NCBI GenBank assembly: GCA_903836945.1
Contig: CAILSO010000003.1
Span: 3,527 to 67,526, forward strand
Length of the DNA: 64,000 bases
Source of the DNA: an uncultured Actinomycetes bacterium
Lineage (GTDB): Bacteria; Actinomycetota; Actinomycetes; Nanopelagicales; Nanopelagicaceae
Direction: 5' to 3'
Part shown: positions 1 to 8,676 of the stretch, in pieces
How the letters are laid out: every line of letters begins with the position of its first letter
Position numbering within the stretch: position 1 is the stretch's first letter
The notes under the pieces: generated by a model
Databases searched by the model: none
What the model was told of the DNA's origin: nothing
Seen by the model: only the letters and a program-made list of their open reading frames with translations
Made by a program: the position numbers and the translations under genes

Positions 1-328
1 TTGCACCACCAAGTACATGGTACTTCCCGCGAAATTCGCGAGTCTTCTCGATTGCAATTACATCTTTACTCTCTTCAACAACACAAATTGTTGAACCATC
101 ACGCCTTGGATCACGGCAGATGCGACAGAGTTCTTCTTCGGAAAGATTCCCGCATTCGGTACAGAACTTCACGCGCTCTTTTACAGTACGAAGAACTTCA
201 ACAAGTCGGGTTGTATCCACGCGTTCGGATTGAATAATATGAAAAGCGATTCGTTGTGCTGATTTGGGACCAATGCCCGGCAATCGCCCTAACTCATCAA
301 TTAAATCTTGAATCGCACCCTCATACAT
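1..328 (-). CDS. recR: Recombination protein RecR (3' end cut by window edge)
   Basis: This gene is absent from the ORF track because it runs off the window edge. A reverse-strand ATG lies at 326-328. My translation is [32 protein letters not shown]...[55 protein letters not shown], which shows the RecR helix-hairpin-helix, the C4 zinc finger and the start of the Toprim domain. It begins 14 nt after the dnaX stop. Confidence 0.9.
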   Translation of the reverse strand, partial: MYEGAIQDLIDELGRLPGIGPKSAQRIAFHIIQSERVDTTRLVEVLRTVKERVKFCTECGNLSEEELCRICRDPRRDGSTICVVEESKDVIAIEKTREFRGKYHVLGGA

Positions 329-342
329 TAATTAGCCACCGA

Positions 343-2061
343 TTAATCTTTATGAGTTTCGCTAATTACTTTTGCACCGAGTTCGCGCATCAATAATTCT
401 TGGCCGCTCATGGCATCGGCATCAGATGGATCTTCCATCGTTCGTGCCGAAACTGGAGCATTAACTGTCGTGTCGACAACGCATTCAATCTTTAGATCTA
501 ATCCAGTCACATCAACAAAAGCCGCGCGAAGGATCTCATCACTTCCCGATCGCATAAATGAATCGCGTGCTCCGGCATTAATAATTCCAATTGTAATTGC
601 CTTATCGTCTACTGCTAATACATGTGCGCTGGCACTTAACAACGACCAAGTAAGTCGGCGACGCTTCTTAACATTCTCGATGACATCAGGCCAGAGTCTA
701 CGTAGCGCTGCAACATCTAGTGGACCGGTTGGTTTATTTGGATTTGGCTTTGGTGGTGCTTGGCGAATCGGAGCTACCTTCTCTGCGACAACTTCTTCCT
801 TTATTTCTGGTGCTTCGGGAGTGATTGCAGCTTTTACTTCAGCAACTTTTTGCGCAACGCTCTCTTTCTTTACAACCGGCGCAGCTTCATTGTGGACTTC
901 ATTTGAAATCGAACCGACGCGTTCTAACCGTTCTATTCTGGAAACTAAACCAAGGTCATCGCCACCGGGAAGCAAGATTCGGCCGCAGATTAATTCCAGC
1001 ATCAATCTCGGCGCGGTTGCACCACGCATAGAAGTAAGCCCGGCCGCGACAATATCGGCGCTTCGGATCAGATTCGCGGTTCCAATTATGTTTGCTTGAC
1101 CACGCATTCGTTCTAGTTGATCTTCTGGGTACTCCCGCAAAATATGTGAGGCGTTATCTTCAACAGCTCCGACAATAATTAAATCGCGAAGGCGTTCTAG
1201 AAAATCTTGAGTGAAGCGACGGGGGTCGTGGCCTGATTCAATAAGTCGATCAATCGTCTTAAATAAAGTAGCGGAATCTTTGGCAGCCATGGCATCAATA
1301 GCCTCATCTAGCAAAGCCCCATCGGTGTAGCCGAGCAGTTGAATTGCAATCTCATAGGTAACTCCGGCACTACCTGCGCCCGCCAACAATTGTCCAAGTA
1401 CTGAAAGAGCATCACGTACTGAGCCACCAGATGCCCGAACAACTAGCGGGATAACTCCTTTGGCAACCTTTATGCCTTCAGCGTTACAAATCTTCTCCAG
1501 GTGCGCAGCCAAGATTCCAGGCGGAACCAATCGGAATGGATAGTGATGGGTTCTAGAACGAATGGTTGAGATTAATTTTTCGGGTTCGGTTGTTGCAAAT
1601 ATGAAAAGAACATGTGGTGGTGGCTCTTCAACAACTTTTAACAGTGCATTGGCCGCACCACTACCAAGCTGGTGAGCCTCGTCAATAATATAAATCTTGT
1701 AGCGAGAATTTACAGGTGCAAAGAATGCTTTATCTCGAAGTTCGCGAGCATCATCAACTAATCCGTGAGTGGCTGCATCAATTTCAATTACATCGATAGA
1801 ACCAGGGCCGTTGGCAACCAAATCTTTGCAAGATTGACATTCGCCACATGGCGTTGGGGTTGGACCTTTTTCACAATTAAGTGAGCGCGCCATAATGCGA
1901 GCGCTAGAAGTTTTTCCGCAACCACGTGGACCAGAGAATAAATAAGCGTGATGTACTTTTCCTGATTGCAACGCATTTGATAGCGGCTCAGTGACATGTT
2001 CTTGACCGATTACTTCGGCAAAAGTTGAGGGGCGATATTTACGATACAAAGCTAACGACAT
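343..2061 (-). CDS. dnaX: DNA polymerase III subunit gamma/tau
   Basis: 572-aa ORF with Walker A GPRGCGKTS, the clamp-loader zinc module CGECQSC and a DEAH-like IIDEAHQL box. The SRP RNA lies immediately upstream, as is typical. Confidence 0.95.
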   Translation of the reverse strand: MSLALYRKYRPSTFAEVIGQEHVTEPLSNALQSGKVHHAYLFSGPRGCGKTSSARIMARSLNCEKGPTPTPCGECQSCKDLVANGPGSIDVIEIDAATHGLVDDARELRDKAFFAPVNSRYKIYIIDEAHQLGSGAANALLKVVEEPPPHVLFIFATTEPEKLISTIRSRTHHYPFRLVPPGILAAHLEKICNAEGIKVAKGVIPLVVRASGGSVRDALSVLGQLLAGAGSAGVTYEIAIQLLGYTDGALLDEAIDAMAAKDSATLFKTIDRLIESGHDPRRFTQDFLERLRDLIIVGAVEDNASHILREYPEDQLERMRGQANIIGTANLIRSADIVAAGLTSMRGATAPRLMLELICGRILLPGGDDLGLVSRIERLERVGSISNEVHNEAAPVVKKESVAQKVAEVKAAITPEAPEIKEEVVAEKVAPIRQAPPKPNPNKPTGPLDVAALRRLWPDVIENVKKRRRLTWSLLSASAHVLAVDDKAITIGIINAGARDSFMRSGSDEILRAAFVDVTGLDLKIECVVDTTVNAPVSARTMEDPSDADAMSGQELLMRELGAKVISETHKD

Positions 2062-2100
2062 CGCACTCCCTCTCCTTTAATAGTCTCAATCTAAATCTTG

Positions 2101-2196
2101 GGTCCCTTCGCACACCCGCCAGAGCGCACCTACCCTTGCTGCCTTCCAGCCCTGGGGGAGTTCAGTACGGTAGCGCCGTACGAAGGAACTGCGGGT
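2101..2196 (-). ncRNA. ffs: Signal recognition particle RNA (small bacterial 4.5S type)
   Basis: The reverse strand reads ACCCGCAGTTCCTTCG...CCCCCAGGGCTGGAAGGCAGCAAGGGTAGG...CGAAGGGACC. It carries the GGAA tetraloop and the AGCA-containing domain IV core. The 5' GTTCCTTCG and 3' CGAAGGGAC ends can pair. The position upstream of dnaX is conserved. The ends are approximate. Confidence 0.8.
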
Positions 2197-2254
2197 AATC
2201 ATAGTTATTAGAAGTTAGTAGCACTGATCAACACCGATACGCTTACTCCCCTCG

Positions 2255-2342
2255 GGAGGATTCGCATAGCGGCCGAGTGCGCACGCTTGGAAAGCGTGTA
2301 TAGGGAAACCTATCGAGGGTTCAAATCCCTCATCCTCCGCCA
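2255..2342 (+). tRNA. tRNA-Ser (anticodon GGA)
   Basis: Hand-folded cloverleaf: acceptor GGAGGAT/ATCCTCC, anticodon stem CACGC/GCGTG, loop TTGGAAA, long variable arm, T arm GAGGG-TTCAAAT-CCCTC. The CCA end is encoded. Confidence 0.9.
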
Positions 2343-2393
2343 GAATTTTCAATCGAGTTAATCGACCCTTCACATATTTAGTAGCATCAAGGT

Positions 2394-2479
2394 GGAGGAT
2401 TCGCATAGCGGCCGAGTGCGCGCGTCTCGAACACGCGTAGACGAAAGTCTCGAGGGTTCAAATCCCTCATCCTCCGCCA
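2394..2479 (+). tRNA. tRNA-Ser (anticodon CGA)
   Basis: The acceptor, D and T arms are the same as in the upstream tRNA-Ser. The anticodon stem is CGCGT/ACGCG and the loop is CTCGAAC. It has a long variable arm and an encoded CCA end. Confidence 0.9.
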
Positions 2480-2511
2480 ATAGTTACTAGAACTGGGCAC
2501 TGTTACTCGGA

Positions 2512-3936
2512 CTAAATCTCGACTCCGATGTATTTTGTTTCTAGAAATTCGTGGATGCCATGAAAGCCGCCTTCGCGACCCAAGCCAGATTGTTTGAATC
2601 CGCCAAATGGTGCAGCTGGATCTGAGATAACTCCGCGATTGATCGCAACCATTCCCGATTCGATTGCCTCTGCGGTTTTAATTGCACGCTTTAAATCAGA
2701 TGAATAAACATAACTAATTAGTCCAAATTCGGTGGCATTTGCAAGTGCAATCGCTTCTTCGTCATTTTCAAATGTAACAACGGGAGCAACGGGTCCAAAT
2801 ACTTCGTGGTTTAAAATTGGATTTTCTTTAGTAACAGAAATGACTGTTGCGGGATAGAAGGCGCCCGCACCTTCGGGTGTTTTTCCACCAAGTTCAAGTT
2901 TTCCCCCAGCAGCAACGCTAGCATCAACTAATTCCGCAATTTTGTTACGTTCCTTAATTGAAACTGAAGCTCCTAATTGCGCACCTTCCTCTAAGCCCGG
3001 TGCAACTTTGAGCGCGCCCATGGCCTTTGCGAATTTAGTTGTGAATTCCTCTGCCACGCTCTTTGCGACAATGAATCTATTGGCTGCAGTACATGCTGCA
3101 CCACCATTTCGCATCTTTGCAATCATGGCGCCAGCTACGGCATCATCGATATTTGCATCAGCTAAAACAACAAAAGGTGCATTGCCACCTAATTCCATTG
3201 ATGTACGAAGAACGCAATCAGCTGATTCCTTTAGCAATACTCGACCAACTTCAGTTGAACCAGTGAATGAAAGGTTTCGAACTCTTGGATCGTGAAGCAT
3301 CTTTGAAATCATTGGGCCGGTTTTTGAAGGCAAAATTAGGTTTACGACGCCAGCTGGGACTCCAGCTCTCTCCAAAATATCAATAATTGCGAGCGCGGTC
3401 AGAGGTGTTTCAGAAGCCGGTTTTAAAATCATGGTGCAACCAGCGGCAAGTGCTGGGCCAATTTTTCGAGTGGCCATCGCAGCTGGGAAATTCCAAGGAG
3501 TGATGAGTAGCGAAACACCAATTGGTTGGTGCGTAACTAAAATTCTCTTATCGCCCGATGGCGCCATACGAAAATCACCAGGTGTGCGCACTGCTTCCTC
3601 TGAGAACCAGCGAAAGAATTCAGCGGCATAGGCGATCTCGCCCTTGGCATCGGAGAAAACCTTGCCGTTCTCCATCGAAGTTAACTTTGCAAGGTGATCG
3701 CTTTCGGCAATCATTAATTCAAATGCTTTACGTAGTATTTCTGCCCGGACTCTTGGCGCAGTCTTTGACCAAGTTACAAAGGCCCTATCGGCCGCGGCAA
3801 CTGCCGCATCACACTGACTCTCTCCTGCAGTGGCAACCTCGGCAATAACCTCACCATTACTTGGGTCTATTACTGGGATGGTTCCATCGCCTTTAACCCA
3901 TTTGCCATCGATATATAGGTCGGTTTTCAATTGCAT
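2512..3936 (-). CDS. gabD: NAD(P)-dependent aldehyde dehydrogenase, succinate-semialdehyde dehydrogenase-like
   Basis: 474 aa with ALDH-family motifs: ELGGNAP around the catalytic Glu, the catalytic Cys region GGAACTAANR, and the FTGST cofactor-binding motif. The SSADH assignment comes from overall resemblance only. Confidence 0.75.
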   Translation of the reverse strand: MQLKTDLYIDGKWVKGDGTIPVIDPSNGEVIAEVATAGESQCDAAVAAADRAFVTWSKTAPRVRAEILRKAFELMIAESDHLAKLTSMENGKVFSDAKGEIAYAAEFFRWFSEEAVRTPGDFRMAPSGDKRILVTHQPIGVSLLITPWNFPAAMATRKIGPALAAGCTMILKPASETPLTALAIIDILERAGVPAGVVNLILPSKTGPMISKMLHDPRVRNLSFTGSTEVGRVLLKESADCVLRTSMELGGNAPFVVLADANIDDAVAGAMIAKMRNGGAACTAANRFIVAKSVAEEFTTKFAKAMGALKVAPGLEEGAQLGASVSIKERNKIAELVDASVAAGGKLELGGKTPEGAGAFYPATVISVTKENPILNHEVFGPVAPVVTFENDEEAIALANATEFGLISYVYSSDLKRAIKTAEAIESGMVAINRGVISDPAAPFGGFKQSGLGREGGFHGIHEFLETKYIGVEI

Positions 3937-4010
3937 GCGGCAAGCATACGCCTGCCGGGGGAAGTAAAATCGGTAGCCTATAAGTGCCTAATTAACGAGA
4001 AGAGTGATTC

Positions 4011-6356
4011 GTGCCTAAATCTTGGACCGACGACGCCCCAGAACCAAAGGTGTTACAGGAGCATTCTCATTTAAAAGATCCACTTTCATATCGAATTAAA
4101 AAAGCCTTTTTGGGCAATCCATTAAATCGGCATTCACTTTCACACCAAAGATTAAGTAAGCGCTTTGCACTTGGAATTTTATCCTCGGATTGTATTTCTT
4201 CATCAGCATATGGTTCAGAACAGATTTTGATTGCTTTGCTTCCGGCCTTCGGCTTGGCAGCTTTCGGAATCTTGATGCCGATGACAATGGTTGTACTGGC
4301 AGTTCTAATTATTATTACTTTTTCTTACCGCGAAGTTGTACAGATTTATACAAAATCTGGTGGTGCCTACGTAGTTTCGAGGGATAACTTAAGTCCCCTA
4401 ATCGCCCAGCTCGCTGCTGTTGCGTTAATGCTCGACTACATCGTGACTGTCGCAATTCAATCTTCGGCCGGTATCGATGCCGTTATTTCGACATTCACAA
4501 ATTTGCAGCCATATAAAATTTGGATGACCCTTGCTGTAATTGCAATTCTTACCTTTGGAAATCTGCGCGGTGTGAAAGAAGCAGGTGCCGCCTTTGCGCT
4601 CCCAACATACCTATTTATTTTCTCTTTGTTAGTAGTTTTTGGAATGGGTATCTATCGCTCTATCACTGGTCATTTAACTAAATATGACCCAACCACGTTG
4701 CATGGTGCGGTTGCTATCGGGCATGCCAAAGGACTTTTAAATTTTGCGGCAATATTTATTCTGCTTCGTGCTTTTGCTAATGGCGGCTCTTCACTTACGG
4801 GGCTTGAAGCAATCTCTGATGGTGTTGCCCTCTTCAAGGCGCCTGAAGGTGTTAATGCTCGTAAGACTCTTTTAGCAATGAGCGCAATTCTTGGCACAAT
4901 GGTTTTTGGTGTCTCCTATTTTGCTCATGCTACTTATTCAACGCCTTACACAGCTGGTTCGCCAACCGTAATCTCTCAAGTTGCAAAAGCAACTTTAGGT
5001 AGTGGCACATTTGGCTCAGTCTTCTTTTATGTAGTTCAAGCAGCGACCATGTTGATTCTGATTACCGGTGCAAATACCGCGTATTCAGGTTTTCCATATC
5101 TAGTTAATTTCGTGGCAAATGATGGCTTTTTACCTCGTCAATTAACAAAGCGCGGCCACCGGCTGGCCTTCTCAAACGGCATTATTTTGCTTGCCTCTGT
5201 CGCAACCGTATTGGTCTTAATAACAAAGGCATCGGTAGATCATCTAGTTGCCTTCTACGCGCTAGGTGTCTTCACCGGTTTCACACTTGTTGGATTTGGA
5301 ATGGCCAAGCGCGCGTTGAACCATAAGGACGCTGGATGGCGATATCGGTATGTCATTAACACTATTTCCGGCGTTGTTTCATTTGTAATTATTATTATTT
5401 TTGCGGTTGTTAAGTTCACTGAAGGTGCTTGGGTAATTATCACGATCACCCCAATTTTGGTAATGGTTCTCCTTCGTTTAAATCGTCAATATCGTAAAGA
5501 ACAAGCGGCTCTAATTGTCAGCGCTGAGAAGGCTCGAGCAACGGCTATTCCTCGCCACGATGTAACAGTTCTGATTGATAACGTTGATCTAGCAACCGTC
5601 GGCTCTATTCGATATGCGCGCAGTTTAAATCCTCGTCATTTAACAGCGGTCCACTTTGTTATTGATGATCAGCGAGCAGAAGATATATCAACAGCATGGG
5701 CTGCCAATCCTGGACTTTCTGATGTACCACTAGAAATGATTGACTGCCCTGATCGAAGATTGCCAAATGCCGCTGTGGATTATGCAATCCGCGCTACCTC
5801 ATCTCCGGATGTTGAATTAACGCTTCTACTTCCTCGTAGATCGTATTCACCATTCTTGGGTCGCTTACTTCACGATCAAACCGCAGAAGATATCGCTGCC
5901 CCTATCTCACAACTTTCGCGAGTTGTCGCGACAATTATTCCTTTTGACGTTGAAAAGATTTTGAGTAATTCAATTGCGTTAGTTCCTGCTGCAAAGAAAG
6001 TTGTTGCTGAAGAGAAGGTTGAAGCAGTTAAGAAGTTCCCACTTCCAAAGGCAGTTGATGAGCCAGGTCCAGTGAGTCACTACAACGAAAATATCTTGCC
6101 AATTGAAAAGGCAACTTGGCGCAAGCGAGCACATGTTCGTGGTCAGGTGACTTCAATTCTTACTGCGCCAACTGGTGGTGCACCTCGCGTTGATGTCGAA
6201 GTTTGGGATGCAACTGGTGGGATTACTTTGCAATTCTTAGGCCGTAGAGAAATTGCCGGACTTGAAGTCGGTTCAACTATCTGCGCTGAAGGCATGGTCG
6301 GCGAAGATGAGGGCTCGCTAACTATTTTGAATCCTTCGTACGAGATCGTTATTTAA
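4011..6356 (+). CDS. APC-superfamily permease fused to a cytoplasmic domain and a C-terminal OB-fold module
   Basis: 781 aa with a GTG start. About the first 490 aa are multi-helix hydrophobic sequence of amino-acid/polyamine permease type. A soluble domain of roughly 190 aa follows. The last ~97 aa (nt ~6063-6353, RAHVRGQVTSI...VEVWDATGGITLQFLGRREIAGLEVGS...GSLTILNPSYE) resemble the small actinobacterial OB-fold proteins. Confidence 0.75.
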   Translation: MPKSWTDDAPEPKVLQEHSHLKDPLSYRIKKAFLGNPLNRHSLSHQRLSKRFALGILSSDCISSSAYGSEQILIALLPAFGLAAFGILMPMTMVVLAVLIIITFSYREVVQIYTKSGGAYVVSRDNLSPLIAQLAAVALMLDYIVTVAIQSSAGIDAVISTFTNLQPYKIWMTLAVIAILTFGNLRGVKEAGAAFALPTYLFIFSLLVVFGMGIYRSITGHLTKYDPTTLHGAVAIGHAKGLLNFAAIFILLRAFANGGSSLTGLEAISDGVALFKAPEGVNARKTLLAMSAILGTMVFGVSYFAHATYSTPYTAGSPTVISQVAKATLGSGTFGSVFFYVVQAATMLILITGANTAYSGFPYLVNFVANDGFLPRQLTKRGHRLAFSNGIILLASVATVLVLITKASVDHLVAFYALGVFTGFTLVGFGMAKRALNHKDAGWRYRYVINTISGVVSFVIIIIFAVVKFTEGAWVIITITPILVMVLLRLNRQYRKEQAALIVSAEKARATAIPRHDVTVLIDNVDLATVGSIRYARSLNPRHLTAVHFVIDDQRAEDISTAWAANPGLSDVPLEMIDCPDRRLPNAAVDYAIRATSSPDVELTLLLPRRSYSPFLGRLLHDQTAEDIAAPISQLSRVVATIIPFDVEKILSNSIALVPAAKKVVAEEKVEAVKKFPLPKAVDEPGPVSHYNENILPIEKATWRKRAHVRGQVTSILTAPTGGAPRVDVEVWDATGGITLQFLGRREIAGLEVGSTICAEGMVGEDEGSLTILNPSYEIVI

Positions 6357-6362
6357 AGCTAT

Positions 6363-7139
6363 ATGACGCTTGCATTTAAGACCTTCGCCATAAGTGATTT
6401 GGGCTTACAGCGAGAAGGAAATGAGGATGCGGCGCTCTTCTCATCCAAGTTAGTGGCAGTCGCAGATGGCATGGGTGGCCATGCTGGTGGCGAAGTAGCA
6501 TCGAGTATTGCCATTAAGGCGCTAGCCGATTTAATTCCGGTCTTTAATGATTCAAAAGTCGATGCTGACTCGAAGGAAGATTTATTTTTAAATATTCCTT
6601 TTGAAATTGATTCACAGATCTCCGAGAAATCCAAAGAAAATCCCGAACTATCGGGAATGGGAACAACCCTTACTGCGATCTATTTAGATGAGAACACGAT
6701 AGAACTTCTACACATTGGTGACTCCCGTTGTTACTCGGTGACTAACGGCAAACTTCAACAATTGAGTTATGACCATACAGTCATGCAAGAATTGTTAGAT
6801 CAGGGACGTTTAAGCGCTGATGAAGTTTTCAACCATCCGCAACGTTCTTTGCTAACTCAAGCGCTGATGGGTGATTCGGGTATCGATCCAATTCTCTTGG
6901 TTCACGAAGTAAAGCTTGGCGATAAATTCCTGCTCTGCAGTGATGGGCTAACCGGATATCTTTCTGATCTGGAAATTTCAAAGCTAGCAAAGAAATATGA
7001 TGATCAAGAATTACTTGATCACTTACTTGAAGCCACAAAGGCTAAGGGCGCGCCGGATAATGTGACCGTGCTTCTAGTAGAAGTTGTTTCAGCAGATCAC
7101 TCCACTTCAGTTACTTTGATTGGAGCGGCTAATGAGTAA
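6363..7139 (+). CDS. pstP: PP2C-family Ser/Thr protein phosphatase (soluble, no membrane anchor)
   Basis: 258 aa with PP2C motifs NEDA, VADGMGGH, GDSR, CSDGL and DNVT. It lies directly upstream of the PASTA kinase gene and overlaps it. Confidence 0.9.
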   Translation: MTLAFKTFAISDLGLQREGNEDAALFSSKLVAVADGMGGHAGGEVASSIAIKALADLIPVFNDSKVDADSKEDLFLNIPFEIDSQISEKSKENPELSGMGTTLTAIYLDENTIELLHIGDSRCYSVTNGKLQQLSYDHTVMQELLDQGRLSADEVFNHPQRSLLTQALMGDSGIDPILLVHEVKLGDKFLLCSDGLTGYLSDLEISKLAKKYDDQELLDHLLEATKAKGAPDNVTVLLVEVVSADHSTSVTLIGAANE

Positions 7140-8676
7140 AGTTTTTGGTGGTCGTTATCAAATAGGCGAGATGATCGGCACGGGTGGCATGGCCGATGTC
7201 TATCTTGGTGAGGATCAACGTTTATCGCGAAAAGTAGCGGTTAAGGTTTTACGCAGTGACTTGGCGAAGGATCCATCTTTCTTATCTCGATTCAAGAAAG
7301 AGGCGCTAGCTGCAGCTGGTTTAAATCATTCTGGAATTGTTGCAGTTTATGATTCTGGCGAAGAAGGAAATAACTCTTACATAGTTATGGAGTTAGTAAG
7401 CGGAATTACCTTGCGCGAAATGCTCAAGAGCCACACACCAATTGAAAGCGATCGCGCAATCAGAATTGTGGTTGGCGTCCTTGATGCACTGGAATATTCA
7501 CATCGGAATGGAATTATCCATCGTGATATTAAGCCTGGAAATATCATGCTTACCGATGGTGGCGATGTGAAGGTGATGGATTTCGGTATTGCTCGGGCGA
7601 TGGATGACATCGGTGCGACGATGACAAATACTTGGAATGTAGTTGGTACCGCGCAGTATCTTTCACCAGAACAGGCCACCGGTGAGGTTGCTGATCTTCG
7701 AAGTGATATTTACTCGGTTGGTTGTCTGCTCTACGAATTGTTGACCGGTAAGCCGCCATTTACTGGAGATACGCCAGTAGCTATTGCCTACCAACATGTT
7801 TCAGCTCCATTAATTCCACCTTCGCAAATTAATCCAGAGCTAGATGCAAATTTAGACACCATTCTTTCTGTCGCATTGGCTAAGGATCCAAAGGATCGCT
7901 ATCAAAGCGCGCAAAGTATGTTGGAGGATCTACAACTTGTTCTGCGGGGCGAGCCAATCACCACCAAGATTAAGAAGTTAGTTCCAAAACGGAACCGTTT
8001 TATTCTTGCCGCCGCAGGAGTAACTTTTTTTGCACTAGTTGGTCTGGCCTTCACCTTCATGAATGGAAAAGCGCCTGGGCCGATTATTCAAATCCCAAAT
8101 GTTGTTGGCTTAACGCAAGATCAAGCCAGTGCCTTGCTAAATGGTTACACCATTAACTTTCAACATGCACCAGATTCTAGAATTCCAAAGGATCGAATAG
8201 CTTCACAACTTCCGCTTGCAATGGCAAAGGTACAAAAGGGGTCGAGTGTTACTTTGACTATCTCCGATGGTCCTGGCGATACGACGGTGCCGGCAAATTT
8301 AATTAATCTAACTTTAGAAGAAGCCCGTAATGAAATAACTGCAGCTGGTTTGGTTATTGCACAAATAGTGCCAGTTAATTCCAGCGCCCAACCCGGTACG
8401 GTGATTCAAGTTTCCCCAGATCCTGGTTCAACGATTTCTGCTGGCAGTGGTTTAATTCTGCAAATTGCAAGTGGAAGTATTCAAGTTCCAAATTTGGTTG
8501 GGTTAACTGGAATTGAAGCCCAGACTGTTTTAACACAATCAGGCTTTTTGATTAAAGAGATAACGGCTTATGATCAAACACAGGCAATTGGTTTAGTTTT
8601 AGCGCAGGCACCTGCTGCGGGCTCGACACAATCAATTGGATCGCAAGTAACAATTACGGTTAATAAACAGAATTAA
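7132..8676 (+). CDS. pknB: Ser/Thr protein kinase with three PASTA repeats
   Basis: Kinase motifs GTGGMADVY, VAVK, HRDIKPGN, DFG and SPEQ. One TM helix (FILAAAGVTFFALVGLAFTF) is followed by three PASTA-like repeats (PNVVGL..., PANLINL..., PNLVGL...). The ORF track starts at TTG 7120. I prefer ATG 7132 (MSKVFGGRYQ), which overlaps the pstP stop by 8 nt. Confidence 0.92.
   Translation: MSKVFGGRYQIGEMIGTGGMADVYLGEDQRLSRKVAVKVLRSDLAKDPSFLSRFKKEALAAAGLNHSGIVAVYDSGEEGNNSYIVMELVSGITLREMLKSHTPIESDRAIRIVVGVLDALEYSHRNGIIHRDIKPGNIMLTDGGDVKVMDFGIARAMDDIGATMTNTWNVVGTAQYLSPEQATGEVADLRSDIYSVGCLLYELLTGKPPFTGDTPVAIAYQHVSAPLIPPSQINPELDANLDTILSVALAKDPKDRYQSAQSMLEDLQLVLRGEPITTKIKKLVPKRNRFILAAAGVTFFALVGLAFTFMNGKAPGPIIQIPNVVGLTQDQASALLNGYTINFQHAPDSRIPKDRIASQLPLAMAKVQKGSSVTLTISDGPGDTTVPANLINLTLEEARNEITAAGLVIAQIVPVNSSAQPGTVIQVSPDPGSTISAGSGLILQIASGSIQVPNLVGLTGIEAQTVLTQSGFLIKEITAYDQTQAIGLVLAQAPAAGSTQSIGSQVTITVNKQN

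Noticed and set aside
1-237. ORF-track entry of 78 aa on the plus strand at the window start
   Set aside because: It is antisense to a clear RecR reading frame on the minus strand (1-328) and has no recognisable motifs. I treat it as a shadow ORF.
846-852. Possible dnaX programmed -1 frameshift site (CAAAAAG on the coding strand)
   Set aside because: The zero-frame codons are GCG CAA AAA GTT, which does not form the A AAA AAG heptamer in the required phase. I see no downstream hairpin. Actinobacterial dnaX is not known to me to use this mechanism.
410-1099. Long 229-aa plus-strand ORF inside dnaX
   Set aside because: Its Ser/Thr/Ala-rich low-complexity translation is typical of the antisense frame of a real gene. 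dnaX on the other strand is unambiguous. The same reasoning applies to the other antisense ORFs in the track that are nested in conserved genes, such as 2942-3295, 7377-7679, 9931-10275, 10719-11123, 16182-16514, 23002-23316, 28488-28838, 37525-37941, 47244-47606, 52971-53348 and 56712-57056.
2215-2406. 63-aa minus-strand ORF
   Set aside because: It spans the two tRNA-Ser genes on the opposite strand, so it is an artefact.
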